Both the position numbers and the translations under genes were made by a program. Below, piece after piece: positions 37,901 through 53,135 of a stretch of 64,000 nucleotides of DNA (position 1 is its first letter; every line of letters begins with the position of its first letter). Location of the stretch: positions 246,325-310,324 of the forward strand of contig NIVC01001342.1 in NCBI GenBank assembly GCA_002269645.1. Reading direction: 5' to 3'. The notes beneath the pieces were generated by a model, which made no database searches, was not told the origin of the DNA, and worked only from the letters and a program-made list of their open reading frames with translations. The DNA is from Macrostomum lignano. Lineage: Eukaryota.

Positions 37901-40900
37901 GGTCCGATTTTCAAGACCAGGATACACTGCACTGCTGCAAACCAAAACTGGTCTAACACTAATAGTGTGTTTCAAATTACTGGCTAATTCTAAGAATATG
38001 AAGTTACAGACTTAAGATGTCCATAACACTAAATTGTGAAGTCTGCATCACATCCTTGCAAAAAATTCTGGTGCACTTTTTGCACCAAGTCAAATTTCTG
38101 GGTGCAATTTTTAAGACCAAGATGCTATTCGCACCTATTTGCACAAAAAACCCAGGCTTGGAGTGTCTAGATTAATGTAATAAAAACTTGGCTTTCTATT
38201 AGTGATGAATCGAAATTATTTTTCAAATCAAAATCGAAATTTTTGAGCTTAACAAATTTTTACTTTTTCGCTAATCATGCAAAAAGGTTAACACCTTGCC
38301 TTTGCATGTATGAGCTTACATGTTGTATAAAAAGTATCTTTGATATGTTTAAACCAGAATACTTAAGATTTAACTTACTTTAAAAATACGAAATAGAAAA
38401 TGCTGGTGTATTATGTATTATATACTTGTATATAGAAATATAGTAGAAGTTGTATTATACTTTACCATTGTTTAAGCTAAAGATCTAGATACGAGTAGCC
38501 TATATCCATTTCATTAAGGCTTTAAGTCTTTAGCCAATTAAAATCCACGCCAATGAGTTCAGCCAGTGGGCTTGAGGAGGTTGAGGTGGGTGCAGCACAA
38601 GGCCTGGAACAGTGTGTGCCTCGCACAATATTTCTTATAGAAAAGGCGATTCTCACCTCCCCACTGAGTCTTTGAACCGCACTTCCTTTCACTTCCTATA
38701 GATTTTCTTTCTCATGTAGCATGATCATCAATGTCTAAATTGTTAAAATATAACCAAAATTTTGAAATGATTTTTTATGAATAGTTGAAATTCAAAATTG
38801 AAATTATTTTGATGCAAAATTAGTTTTGAAATTTGGAATATCAAAATCGAAATTGGATTTTGATCTATCACTACTTTCTACATTCTATATGTTGGGTACT
38901 CTAGGTAGATACTTATTCTCATGCTATCCTAGTTTGACTTGGCAATTAACTCATGTTATAACTATATGATTTAGATTTACAAATGAAAAGTTGTAAAAAC
39001 TACAATGTGTTTTCTTTCATTTGAAAAAAACTTTGCCTTTAAAATCAATTTAAACTTTGAAAAACAGGAAAATGCAATTAGAAATAAAAGCAATATATAC
39101 TTGCTCAAGAAAGTGTATTTAGAAGCTAAAATAGTAAAAATTGCATGCAAATGAAAGTAGGCAGTTTAAAAAAATAGTTAAACTTTGCTAAATGAAATGC
39201 GTTTAAAAACACACACTTTATTATGCTTTCAAAGATATGCCTAAAAGTTATGAAGTTGAAATCTGTGAGGGCAGATATCCACAAAATTTCTGGGTTAGAC
39301 AACATTAAAACACTTTAGAGTTTGTCATTATATATTTTTCTAATTAGTGTTACAGTTAATATTGTATAAAAATCTCAATGGTTTCATTTAAAAACCTTAA
39401 AATATTGTTTTAAATTTGTTAGCCTTAATTTTCCTGCTATCCCATTTTTGTAGAATTACCCCTTTGCTAACTTGCAAAAGTCAACTTTTTATGTTTATTT
39501 CCTTTCACAATTTATCTAACTGCTGCTTCTAAAGTAAAGTACACTATGTTATACCTTGTTGGGACTTCTTGAACTTTAGGTAGATAAAATAGTTGCAGTT
39601 TTGATAGGATCATAATTTTGTCTCCATAGAGGTTTTTTATGGTGCTGATTTCAAATTTGAGCTTAACTTTTTTGTAGCTTAAAGCCAACCACTGGGACAT
39701 GGGGAATGGGGGGTTTTAGGATGGGGAGAATCTTCATGGGAATTAATTTTATCTACTTAAACTTCAATAGAGGCATAGGGATCTATTGAACAATGCTGGG
39801 CACTTCCGGTACTTAGTAACTTTTGAAAGTACTGCAATTTACTTTATCCTAAAGTGTTCCTTTTTGAGGTACTTTTTCAACTGGGTAACGGAGTAACGGT
39901 AACGGAGGCCTTTTTATGTAGTCTGGTCCTCCAGTCCTCTGTTACCAGCCATTAGAAATTCCTAGAAAAGAGGAATTTTTTAATATACTTCAATCTACTC
40001 AATAGAATGGATAGATAAATATAAAATATTTAAAATATGACTCTAAACACTATAATATTTATTTAGTACAGTGTTTTTTTTTTGTTAATTTGCTTCTTTT
40101 TAAAATGAATTTTAATTTTTTGGAAATTCCTGTTTATACGGCGTTTTTTTTGTTTTTGAATTTAATTGACTTAGTTAAAATTAAAATTGACTTAATTAAT
40201 TGTTTAATTCCAAATTCTTTCTTATTCTTATTTAGATTCTTACAACTTAAAAGGTAATTCGTTGATTGAAATTGCAAATTGTTAATTGAGTTGAATAGAT
40301 CTAGATCCTAGATCGAGAGTAACATTGACAACATGCAGTCTGCAACTGCAACTGTGGAGATCAATGACACTAAAAATTTTATTAATTCAAATCGGCGGCG
40401 TCATCGAATCAAAATATATTCAAACAAAATTTCTACCTGCAGGCAGGCATAAAAGGCTTTATTTTCATTTATTTGCATTTTCTACACCATGTAGAGCACG
40501 TTTTTATCTTTTAGGCACCAGAAAATCTGAAAAAATGACATTAGTGACAAAGTAACGGACTAAGTAACGGAAGTTACCAAAAAATTGAAAAGTAATGATT
40601 ACAAGTAATGAATGAAAAATCTGTTTTGGAGACTTTGGTAAGGGAAGTTACCAGTAATGTAATTTACTTTTTTAAAGTAACTTGCCTAGCACTGCTATTG
40701 AAGATTAGGTAGGTAAATTCTGAACCCAAGGGAGGGGGGGTCTGATGAGGGGGGGGGGGTCTGACAAGAGGGGTGGGCTGATAACTATTAACCACTGGGA
40801 CATGGGGAATGGGAGGTTTTAGGGTGGGGAAAATCTTCATGGGGATTGATTTTACCTACCTAAACTTCAATAGGCATGGGGATCTATTGAAGACTAGGTA

Positions 40901-42335
40901 GGTAAATTCTAAACCTAAGGGGGGTCTGATGAGGGGGGGATGGGCCAATAACCACCAATCATTAGGACATGGGGAATGCCGAATGGGGGTTTAGGGTAGG
41001 GAGATTCTTCATCGGGATTGATTTTACTTACCTAAACTTCAATAGAGGCATGGGGGTCTATTGTAGATTAGATAGATAAATTTGGAGACGGAGGGTTCCA
41101 GAGTGGAAATGTAATGAAGCTTAAATAAAACATTTAGCAAGTTATCAAATACCTCCATTGAGAAAAATTATAATCTTATCAAAGTAATTGATATCAGCAG
41201 CTATAATTACCTTTCAGAATAGAGAAGACAATACAGATTAGTAGACATAAATATATGTAAACATTTAAAGAATATACAGCTAGTCACAACCATGGGAGAA
41301 CAATAGCGAATCATAAGCAGGAGGAGGCGAGGGAGGGTGGTGGCGAATTCCATGAGTCAGCATTTTTTAAAAACACTAATTTGACGTAGCATCCTGATGC
41401 AGTATAACAAACTGAGTGAAGATAAATTAGAACAGACACTCCTTTTATTAGAGTTAAAAATTTAACCTCCTAAATGTTTTTTTACAATGAATTTATAATA
41501 ATTTTAGACAATATTTACCTTTGAAAGTCATGATTCTAAAAAAGTTTAATTTTAAAACATACAATTCTCCAAAACTACTTGCATCAAATTATCATTAATT
41601 ACATTGGGGATTAACAAATTGAGCTCCTGTTAACTCTGACAGTAATTTTTTGCAGTTTTCTTTGCTTTATTATCATTTTGGACAGCCTCTAGAGTCTAAG
41701 ACTCTGGCAAAAGTTTTAGAAAAATCGGAAAATCGGAAGTATTTTACATACCTAAAGTTAAAGAAGTCCCCTTGTTGTAGTACTGTCAATGTTAGACCCT
41801 AAAAAGCCTATCTTAAGCTAATAAGCCTAAGGCCAAACATAAATATATAAAGAATAAAGTTTAAATGTTAATGCCAATGATACAAAAGTCAAAGATAAAA
41901 TACAATAGGAAAATATCAAGAGGCTAGATTCATAAAATTTATATATTTTTAAAATATAATAAAAAACTAACTTCAAAACAAGAAAAGTCTTATTATTATT
42001 TATTTTTACTAAAGCTAAAGGTGAAGGTGATATAGGGCCTATAACAAAATTATTTTTAAATTAAGAAAAGATTCTATTAACATACTGTCCTGCTGGCCTT
42101 GTCGTTCTCTCCTTGGTTTTTTCGCCCCCGATTGATCTGCTGAGTCAGTCTTAGCAGCCTGCTTCACATCTTCTGGCTTTGCGGCCTTTGGATCCTTTTT
42201 CTTCTTTTGCTTAGATTTTTCACCCTTCTCAGCCAGTGCTGCCTGGAGGATTTCATCAGGATCTTCCACGTCGTCCAGTAGGAAACCAAACTTGTTTCCA
42301 GTGACAACGGTGTAACTACTTTCCACTTCAGTCAT
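31999..42335 (-). CDS. SERBP1: SERBP1/HABP4/Vig family mRNA- and ribosome-binding protein, ~514 aa
   Basis: Exons 42086-42335 ([30 protein letters not shown]; phase 1), 32951-33692 (RGG-rich; [29 protein letters not shown]; phase 2), 31999-32551 ([35 protein letters not shown]). Phases agree and total 1545 nt. REYERHSG, GxGxHNWG, MTLEEW and terminal FPxL are HABP4_PAI-RBP1 family motifs. Confidence 0.93.
33770..34012. repeat. 20-bp minisatellite
   Basis: gtgttaagtagttgaaggat. Confidence 0.95.
34910..36094 (+). mobile_element. Internally deleted mariner element with ~390-bp TIRs
   Basis: ~34910-35300 is the inverted copy of ~35700-36094 (ends gggtgtcccaaaag / cttttgggacaccc, TA-flanked). The interior encodes frameshifted transposase remnants [28 protein letters not shown] (HTH) and [21 protein letters not shown] (mariner YSPDL). 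Confidence 0.88.
36273..37036. mobile_element. Tc1/mariner-type MITE with ~120-bp imperfect TIRs and TA flanks
   Basis: tatactattttcttaggag..aaagccaatgcttgcccaaatttttgg (36290-36372) is inverted at ~36925-37015; TA on both sides. Confidence 0.7.
36555..36807. mobile_element. Nested MITE with ~65-bp TIRs and TAAT flanks (family unassigned)
   Basis: gggtcattcc..gggtcccatcatgtttttgaacttaaagcacttgtaact is inverted at 36750-36807; TAAT lies immediately on both sides. Confidence 0.7.
38200..38873. mobile_element. hAT-type MITE with 8-bp TSD (7/8 match)
   Basis: Ends tagtgatgaatc / gatctatcacta; flanks ctttctat (38192-38199) and ctttctac (38874-38881); repeated aaatcgaaatt subterminal motifs. Confidence 0.7.
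39688..41085. repeat. Degenerate ~170-bp tandem repeat (3 copies), split by the hAT MITE
   Basis: accactgggacatggggaatgg..aaacttcaatagaggcat..atctattgaa recurs at ~39688, ~40791 and ~40961. Confidence 0.75.
39791..40694. mobile_element. hAT-type MITE with perfect 8-bp TSD CTATTGAA
   Basis: Ends caatgctgggca / tgcctagcactg; CTATTGAA at 39783-39790 and 40695-40702; GTAAC(GG) subterminal motifs; it interrupts a tandem repeat. Confidence 0.85.
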
Positions 42336-44195
42336 TTTAGGTGCGGCTTGTTTAGTTTTGACACATTTTCAATTGTGAAAGCTCTTGCTTGAGAGTTTTT
42401 TCTGCATATTTTTGCTGAAGAACGTGAAGTGTTTAAATTAGTGCTAATAAAAGTGTTTACAACAAATATAAACTTGAACTTTCGAAAAAAGATAATGCTG
42501 AAAAAAAATAATAAAAATAAATAAAATTTAAATAAATAGTATAAGGAAACAAAAAATACTATCAACCAAACAATGAAAATTCCGTAAGCGAATAAATACT
42601 CAACTTTAATTCTTTTACACCAAACAATTCTGAGGACTTTTTTGAGACTGCCGTCTAAATAAGCTCATATAAAAACAAACTAAGCTTCATTGAAATCAAA
42701 TCATTGCCATTGGATGTTTTTCGGCATAATTTGGTCTATGACGTGAATAAATCAGTTGTCCATGGTTTAAAAAATGGTGTACATTTCTTATGATTTTGAA
42801 GCTATATCCTCGGATCAGGAGTGCGCGGAAGTGAATAGGGAAGCTTATAGAAAAGGCATTGGGGGGGTTAATGCTGAGGATGCTATACTGCTTATGATTC
42901 TATTAAAGGACCAATTGTGTAGTGACATACGTAGTTATCCACTGTACATAGTGACTGTGAGGATTCTATCGTAACCAGCGGACTAAAACAACAGTTGTGA
43001 CAGGCAGGTTGGGAGCAACACACAGTCAATGATCCGTTCTTTCTCTCTTCGACTTCGAATTTCATACGCCCAGGTAGCTTTACAACATTGAACGGTTGAC
43101 ACACAGGCCACGGACCACACGGTACTGTCTGTATGACTGTATAAATCTGTTACTACAGCGGTCCTTCGAAACATTTCCTGTTTCTAGAATCCGGCTTCCC
43201 GCATGCCAACAGCGCATCATTTCATCAAAATGATCTAGCTTACATTTGGTCGGACCATCGATATGCATTGACATCTAGAGCACTTAAGACAAAAATAAAA
43301 AGGTACGTTTAGCAGCTTTATGAATTATTTGACCTTTTCCTTCCCCTCATTTAAGTCTTCTGCCAAGTAGCAGATCTCATACAGGCTGTTCGCTTTTTTG
43401 AGATTTCCAGTCAAGTTTAAAGCACTATATCCATTATGCACTATAAAATTGCTTCTGTCAATTCATATGTTGTGCAATCGTGCCCTTTCTCGCCCTCCTG
43501 CCCCGCCCCAACCCTCCAGTCTGCCCCACCCCTCCGATCAATAATCAATGCGTACGCCGATCACACCACCCCGCCCCACCTCCCCTGCTGTACCGTACAT
43601 TTGTTCTTAAGTTATCAATATATTCATATACGCGTAGGACCAATGAAAAATATATAGCTCGTAGTCGCTGTCTGGAGGGCAGACTCCTCCCTGGCGCGCA
43701 TTGGTCCGCCTCCGTTGGCTATTGACTAAAACGACTCGTCGATCTACCATAAAAAGTGCACGGCGAACTGCATAGGCTACGGTGTGTAAGTTCGTGTTCG
43801 CGAGTTACTGTCCTTTTTCTGCTTCTCCCTAGGGCGCGGGACGGGAGCTCTGACTGGGGACCTGGGGGTCGCAGCTTCCCGACAGGTTAAAGCTGTAGGC
43901 GCTGCTCCGGAGGACGGGGCTCACAACACATATATGAATTGGGTACAGGTAGACTGTTAAAAATTAAAGTTAAACAAACAAAACTTAGCTTTGATTGATA
44001 GCTTTTAACTCGTCCGTTCCGTTATGTACTTTTTGGTGAAGCCAAATTTGATTAAAATATTCTGTGCAATGGACACCAGGGACCAAAAATCAGAAGTCCC
44101 TGACAGAAACATAAATTCAAAAAAACTTCGAGAGAGTAAAGCGTGCGTTCTCGCTGAGGAGTCAAAAAAAGCCCACCAGACAGCACCTTTCGGGA

Positions 44196-46392
44196 TCAGC
44201 GAGTCCAGCAGAGCCGAAGCTCCTCGGCAGACGCTGCAGCCACCGCCGGAGCCTTCGCAACCGTCAAGGCGGCGTCCTCACCAGCCGTAGTGCCGACTCG
44301 GACGGCGAACTTCTCGGCCAGCGCCTGCAGGCACTCGTCACCGCGCCGCCTGGCTTCATCTGGGCCTGGCTGGGCCAGCAGCAGCTGCGCGTACAGCCGC
44401 CTGAAGTGGCCGCGGCTGCGCAAGCCCGGCCAGATCAGCCGCAGGTCCAGCTGTGGCGGCGGCGGCGGCGGCGGCGGCGTTGGCGGTGTCCTGGGGGCCC
44501 CTAGCTGCAACTGTTGCTGCTCGCGAAGCTGCTGCTGCACCTTCTCTGTAATTGCGGCCGGAATCCGTGGGCATTCACACAGTCACTGATCGGAATCCGT
44601 GGGCTTTCACACAGTCACTGACCGGAATCCGTGGGCATTCACACAGTCACTTACAGGAATCCGTGGGCATTCACACAGTCACTTACAGGAATCCGTGGGC
44701 ATTCACACAGTCACTGACCGGAATCCGTGGGCATTCACACAGTCACTTACAGGAATCCGTGGGCATTCACACAGTCACTTACAGGAATCCGTGGGCATTC
44801 ACACAGTCACTTACAGGAATCCGTGGGCATTCACACAGTCACTTACAGGAATCCGTGGGCATTCACACAGTCACTGATCGGAATCCGTGGGCTTTCACAC
44901 AGTCACTGACCGAAATCCGTGGGCATTCACACAGTCAATTACAGGAATCCGTGGGAATTCACACATTCACTGATCGGAATCCGTGGGCTTTCACACAGTC
45001 ACTGACCGGAATCCGTGGGCATTCACACAGTCACTGACCGGAATCCGTGGGCATTCACACAGTCACTGACCGGAATCTGTGGGCATTCACACACTGATCG
45101 GAATCCGTAGGCATTCACACAGTCACTGACCGGAATCTGTAGGCATTCACACAGTCACTGACCGGAATCCGTGGGTATTCACACACTAATCGGAATCCGT
45201 AGGCATTCACACACTGATCGGAATCCGTGGGTATTCACACACTGATCGGAATCCGTAGGCATTCACACACTGATCGGAATCTGTGGGCATTCACACACTG
45301 ATCGGAATCCGTAGGCATTCACACATTGATCGGAATCTGTGGGCATTCACACACTGATCGGAATCCGTAGGCATTCACACAGTCACTGACCGGAATCCGT
45401 GGGCATTCACACACTGATCGGAATCTGTGGGCATTCACACACTGATCGGAATCCGTGGGCATTCACACAGTCACTGACCGGAATCCGTGGGCATTCACAC
45501 AGTCACTGACCGGAATCTGTGGGCATTCACACACTGATCGGAATCCGTAGGCATTCACACAGTCACTGACCGGAATCCGTGGGCATTCACACACTGATCG
45601 GAATCCGTAGGCATTCACACACTGATCGGAATCCGTAGGCATTCACACAGTCACTGACCGGAATCCGTGGGTATTCACACACTGATCGGAATCCGTAGGC
45701 ATTCACACACTGATCGGAATCTGTGGGCATTCACACACTGATCGGAATCCGTAGGCATTCACACATTGATCGGAATCTGTGGGCATTCACACACTGATCG
45801 GAATCCGTAGGCATTCACACAGTCACTGACCGGAATCCGTGGGCATTCACACACTGATCGGAATCCGTGGGCATTCACACACTGATCGGAATCCGTAGGC
45901 ATTCACACACTGATCGGAATCTGTGGGCATTCACACACTGATCGGAATCCGTAGGCATTCACACAGTCACTGACCGGAATCCGTGGGCATTCACACAGTG
46001 GATGAGGATGAGTGTATCAACACAAGGTGAGCAATCAGCCCCTCTCACTCACTGGACTTGTACTTAATCGCCTGCTCGAAGCCAACCTGCTTGTTCAGCT
46101 GGATCTTTCGCATCACAGCCTCCAGCAGGCGGCTGTCGGCCTCGCGAGCCTCCTGGGCCTGATCCCGCTGGGCCAGCGCCAGCTGCCGCACCTCCGCGGT
46201 CCGCCGCCGCAGCCGCTGCTCCGCCGCCGCCCGCTCCGCCGCCAGCCGCTGCAGCCGCAGCTCCAGCAGCGCATTCTCCTTGTGCCGCCTGGCGCGCTCC
46301 TTGTAGAACCGGGACCGCTCGGCCCGGCTCAGCACCTCCTGGCACCGAGGCAGCTGGCGGCGGCGCGCCTCCGACAATGCTGATGACGTCAT
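44196..46392 (-). CDS. Uncharacterised coiled-coil protein, ~229 aa
   Basis: Exon 46053-46392 (ATG; E/R/A/L-rich heptads LLELRLQRLAAERAAAEQRL; donor A|GTGAGT, phase 1) joins exon 44196-44545 (acceptor ttacag; KKVQQQLREQ..poly-Pro..LRLIWPGLRSRGHFRRLY) in frame. Codons are GC3-rich. Family not recognised; upstream exons are possible. Confidence 0.7.
44562..45998. repeat. 32/28-bp minisatellite filling the intron of the coiled-coil gene
   Basis: ggaatccgtgggcattcacacagtcactgacc and a shorter variant lacking agtc. Confidence 0.97.
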
Positions 46393-47089
46393 TGGTGACT
46401 GAAATTGGCGGAACTTGCTGAGACTAAAACTCCAACCCTTACAGTATACCCAACCCCAACCCACTGCTTACTCAACCCAACTCACTGCCTACCTAACCCA
46501 ACCCACTGCCTACCCAACCCAACCCACTGTCTACCGAAACCAACCCACTGCCTACCTGGTCGCAGGCGGCCTCCGTGTGCTGCTGTAGGCCAAGGTTCGA
46601 ATGCCTTCACGAAAAGCAAACAAACCCGATATTAACAAGACAAGAATTCCACAGCCACTCAGTGTTTTTATTACCCACAGCTCAGCGGCAATTATCTGCT
46701 CACGAGTCTGGCTGGGCCAGGCAACCCCGCTGTGAGCACTGGGGCGTTGAGAAGTCGCTCGAGCATGGCTGGAGGCGTGCAGAAGACAATTTTATTAATT
46801 TGTTCGTCTGCAGTAATATCTGAGCACCGAGCCACCCACGGGGACTCGGGACCAGGGCAGTAATGAAGCACTAGCTCGTAATACCCCTCGAAAATTGACA
46901 CACAACTGGACTGACCAGATCATGTCTTAGTACTCAAGTTTGAAGCTTCAGGTTCCCTTAATCCCTAAAACCAGCAAGTAAAACTGGTAATTCCTAAAGT
47001 TGCAATAAAGCCAGCCTATACAGATGATAAAATCTAACAAAACAGCCAAAAAAACTTTCTTCAAAAACTTTCCAAAGAAACGACATCCT

Positions 47090-47250
47090 GAGAATCATTT
47101 CTAGTCAGCCCTGTGAATCGTCTCTAGTCAGCCTTGAGAATCGTCTCTAATCAGCCCTGAGAATCGTCTCTAATCAGCCCTGAGAATCGTCTCTAATCAG
47201 CATTGAGAATCGTCTCTAATCAACCCTGAGATTCGTCTCTAGTCAGCCCC
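47090..47250. repeat. 23-bp minisatellite
   Basis: gagaatcgtctctaatcagccct. Confidence 0.88.
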
Positions 47251-47731
47251 GAGAATTGCCTCAAACGCTTGTATCTCTGAGCAGAGTCTGAGCTCCCCAA
47301 TTCGCAGTCTACAGAAGAACTTTATTGACGCGCTTTGTCAAGTCTGCAGCAATCTCAAGAACACTCAACACTGTGCTCAAAGGTAGTTAGCTGCTCGGGG
47401 CGCAAACAAAGGAGGTCTTGCAGGCAAGCAGGTGGAGTTTCATTTGATATTTGAGCAGCCTCAACAGCTGCAATACTGGGAACAAATTGACAGCTTGGCA
47501 GCTGGAACACCGGAGGCGCTGGCAGCCGGATTAGAAAATTGGATGATTAGTATCCCTGTGGATTCTGGAAAACTGTTCTTAATAAGCAGTCTCCCATCCC
47601 ATTAGCTCTTTGGTAGCTAGTTACCGTAGCAACCAAGAATGCTTATATACTAATCCATCTGCATGAGGCCTATCTGTTTCCCGTTAATCCGAATCCCAAC
47701 TGAGCTCAATCAAGTCAGCTCAAACGGAGTC

Positions 47732-50298
<2,567 letters not shown>

Positions 50299-50424
50299 CT
50301 GCGTCTGCTGGACCAGTGGGAAAGTTTTCCCCACGCTATTAACAGCTTGAGATGAGCAAATAACTTTTGTCTGACGCATCTGGAATTTTTTCTTATCTGA
50401 CCTCTGACCCCCCCCCCTCGGCGT

Positions 50425-51340
50425 TGGCCCAGCAACTGGGGATCTGGGAGGCTGGCCCAGCAACTGGGGATCTGGGAGGCTGGCCCAGCAACTGGGGATC
50501 TGGGAGGCTGGCCAGCAACTGGGGATCTGGGAGGCTGGCCAGCAACTGAGGATCTGGGAGGCTGGCCCAGCAACTGGGGATCTGGGAGGCTGGCCCAGCA
50601 ACTGGGGATCTGGGAGGCTGGCCAGCAACTGGGGATCTGGGAGGCTGGCCCAGCAACTGGGGATCTGGGAGGCTGGCCAGCAACTGGGGATCTGGGAGGC
50701 TGGCCAGCAACTGAGGATCTGAGAGGCTGGCCCAGCAACTGGGGATCTGGGAGGCTGGCCAGCAACTGAGGATCTGGGAGGCTGGCCAGCAACTGAGGAT
50801 CTGGGAGGCTGGCCAGCAACTGAGGATCTGGGAGGCTGGCCCAACAACTGGGGATCTGGGAGGCTGGCCCAATGGCTGGGGATCTGGGAGGCTGGCCCTA
50901 ACGGCTGGGGATCTGGGAGGCTGGCCAGCAACTGAGGATCTGGGAGGCTGGCAAGACAGCTGGGGATCTGGGAGGCTGGCCCAACGGCTGGGGATCTGGG
51001 AGGCTGGCCAGCAACTGGGGATCTGGGAGGCTGGCCAGCAACTGAGGATCTGAGAGGCTGGCCCAGCAACTGGGGATCTGGGAGGCTGGCCAGCAACTGA
51101 GGATCTGGGAGGCTGGCCAGCAACTGAGGATCTGGGAGGCTGGCCAGCAACTGAGGATCTGAGAGGCTGGCCCAGCAGCTGGGGATCTGGGAGGCTGGCC
51201 CAATGGCTGGGGATCTGGGAGGCTGGCCCTAACGGCTGGGGATCTGGGAGGCTGGCCAGCAACTGAGGATCTGGGAGGCTGGCAAGACAGCTGGGGATCT
51301 GGGAGGCTGGCCCAACGGCTGGGGATCTGGGAGGCTGGCC
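50425..51340. repeat. 27-28-bp minisatellite, same family as 19745-20440
   Basis: gatctgggaggctggcccagcaactggg. Confidence 0.96.
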
Positions 51341-51860
51341 TATTTTCAATTTAGCAGTTAGAAAAGCTACGCAAACTTCCTTATCTCGCCAGTGCAGTGT
51401 ATTGAAGCAAATTTTCCCTTCTTTTCGCATGCCCCGCGCTGATCAGCTTGCGGTTCATGGCAAACGCCAGAGTCAGTGATGAGCAATTGATCTGAGCAAA
51501 AGATCGGAGCAATTTTTCAGCAGTAAAATATACATGAAGAGGAACGTACTCAGAAATTCTACTGCGAGTAGTTATGTTTAATTTGTCGGCATTCTAAAAG
51601 CATTCGGAAGCTTGAGTCTTTTATTTGAGTAGGAGTTTTGCCAGGAAAAATATCCAATATCAAGTTAGAGACTTAGAGTCCACCAGCTCAGCCTCCCGGC
51701 TTCATCCGATACGGCGGCGTCTTAGTCGATTTCAGTTTCCTGAAAGCAGATTGCGTTATACATGCATGAAAGGGTTTAGTTCCAAGCAGGATTCCCTATT
51801 GGATTGAGATCCCCTACTAAAATTGGGATTCCCTACTAAAATTGGGGTTTGGAGTTTGGA

Positions 51861-51934
51861 GCCCCAAAACTAGTTGCCATAGTAACTCGGCGTCAGTGGA
51901 AAACGCGGACCCTGGTTCAATTCCGAGCGCGGCC
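51861..51934 (+). pseudogene. Degenerate tRNA(His, GUG)-like sequence (pseudogene or SINE head)
   Basis: TAGTAACTCGGCGT CAGTGGAAA ACGCGGACCCTGGTTCAATTCCGAGCGCGGC aligns by eye with eukaryotic tRNA-His (TAGTACTCTGCGTTGTGGCCGCAGCAACCTCGGTTCGAATCCGAGTCACGGC). It has a B-box and a GCGT/ACGC stem around GTG; the acceptor stem is broken. Confidence 0.55.
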
Positions 51935-51973
51935 GCATTCATTTGGGGCTTGTCGTGCGATTTAAACCCGTGA

Positions 51974-52605
51974 GGGCCAACCCCAGCGCCCGTGGCCCCC
52001 ATCCCCATCGCCCTTGTCACCACTCGGATCAACCAGTGGGTGGCTTCTAAGCACAGGGAGAGGTGGGCCAACGCCCCCGACTGCCGGCAATCCCGCGCGG
52101 CTGTCCCCTGTCCCTCCTCCGCCCTACGCAGGGCCCTGCTTGGACTCAACCTTAACCGCAGGGACATCAGGGCGGTGACCATGGCCCTCTCGGGTCATGG
52201 CTGCTTTGCCAGGCATCGTTACCTCCAGGAGAAAATCCGCAGTGAGGAATGCCCTTTCTGCCTCTCCGGTGTCGAGAATGCGGAGCACTTCATCTGTGAA
52301 TGCCCCGCCTTTACTCAGGACAGGCTCACCTACCTCGGCCCAAACCCGGACCTCTCCGACGTTTTCAGGCCCGAGAATCTCTGCCAGCTCGTCCGCTACC
52401 TAAGGGCTACTGGGCGAGCGAACATCCACCTCCTGGACTCTCCGGAGGGGGACCGCGCTGCGGACGCCGGCACCACCGGAACTCCCTGCGCGACACCGCA
52501 GCACTAGCTGCCCGTGGTCGCCAGGGGTTAGCGAAATGGGCGGCAACGCCTCCTCGCTGTTTCCGGACGCTGCAGGGAGCCCCCTGCAGCTAAGTCAAGT
52601 AAGCC
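51974..52605 (+). mobile_element. 5'-truncated non-LTR retrotransposon (RNase H-bearing, Loa/R1/I-like), ORF2 C-terminus plus 3' end
   Basis: [51 protein letters not shown]: post-RNase H region and CCHC zinc knuckle, followed by ~100 nt ending in taagtcaagtaag. Confidence 0.85.
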
Positions 52606-52951
52606 AACCCCAGCGGAACCCCAGCGGCCAAGTCAGCGGAATGGGCAGAATCGCCTCAGCGCAAATTGTTTTTCGTTGTCGCCGAAGGCGAAACTCATTC
52701 AGAGTAGCAAAATAATTACCGAGTTAAAATTCGCCACCGCGTGGAAAAATATTCAGCGTCTATTTCGTAGCTTGCTACTGTATGAACTACAAGTAGTATC
52801 ATGCCAGGAATAAAGCAATAAATAATTATAAAACCTGTTCGGTGCGCAGCAGGGTGGGCAGAAAAGTGCAAATAGAAAGGGAAATAAAATAAGAAGTATT
52901 TGTGAGGAATAATTCTGTGGAAGAGGCGGTGGGGCTGCGGCGTGGACGGCA

Positions 52952-53081
52952 TCAGTAGAGCTCGTAGGTGGTGTGCAGGAGGTCCCGCTCGGACACTTTC
53001 TCAACATTGCCCTCCCTGGCCAGCATTCGCTGATTGTAGTCGCGGTACCAGTTCTTCCGCTGCTCGTGGAGGCCGGAGAAG

Positions 53082-53135
<54 letters not shown>

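Noticed and set aside
43080-43274. HIDGP..LDHFDEMMRCW, faintly like the C-terminus of hAT-derived transposases
   Set aside because: Too short and degenerate to support without a profile search.
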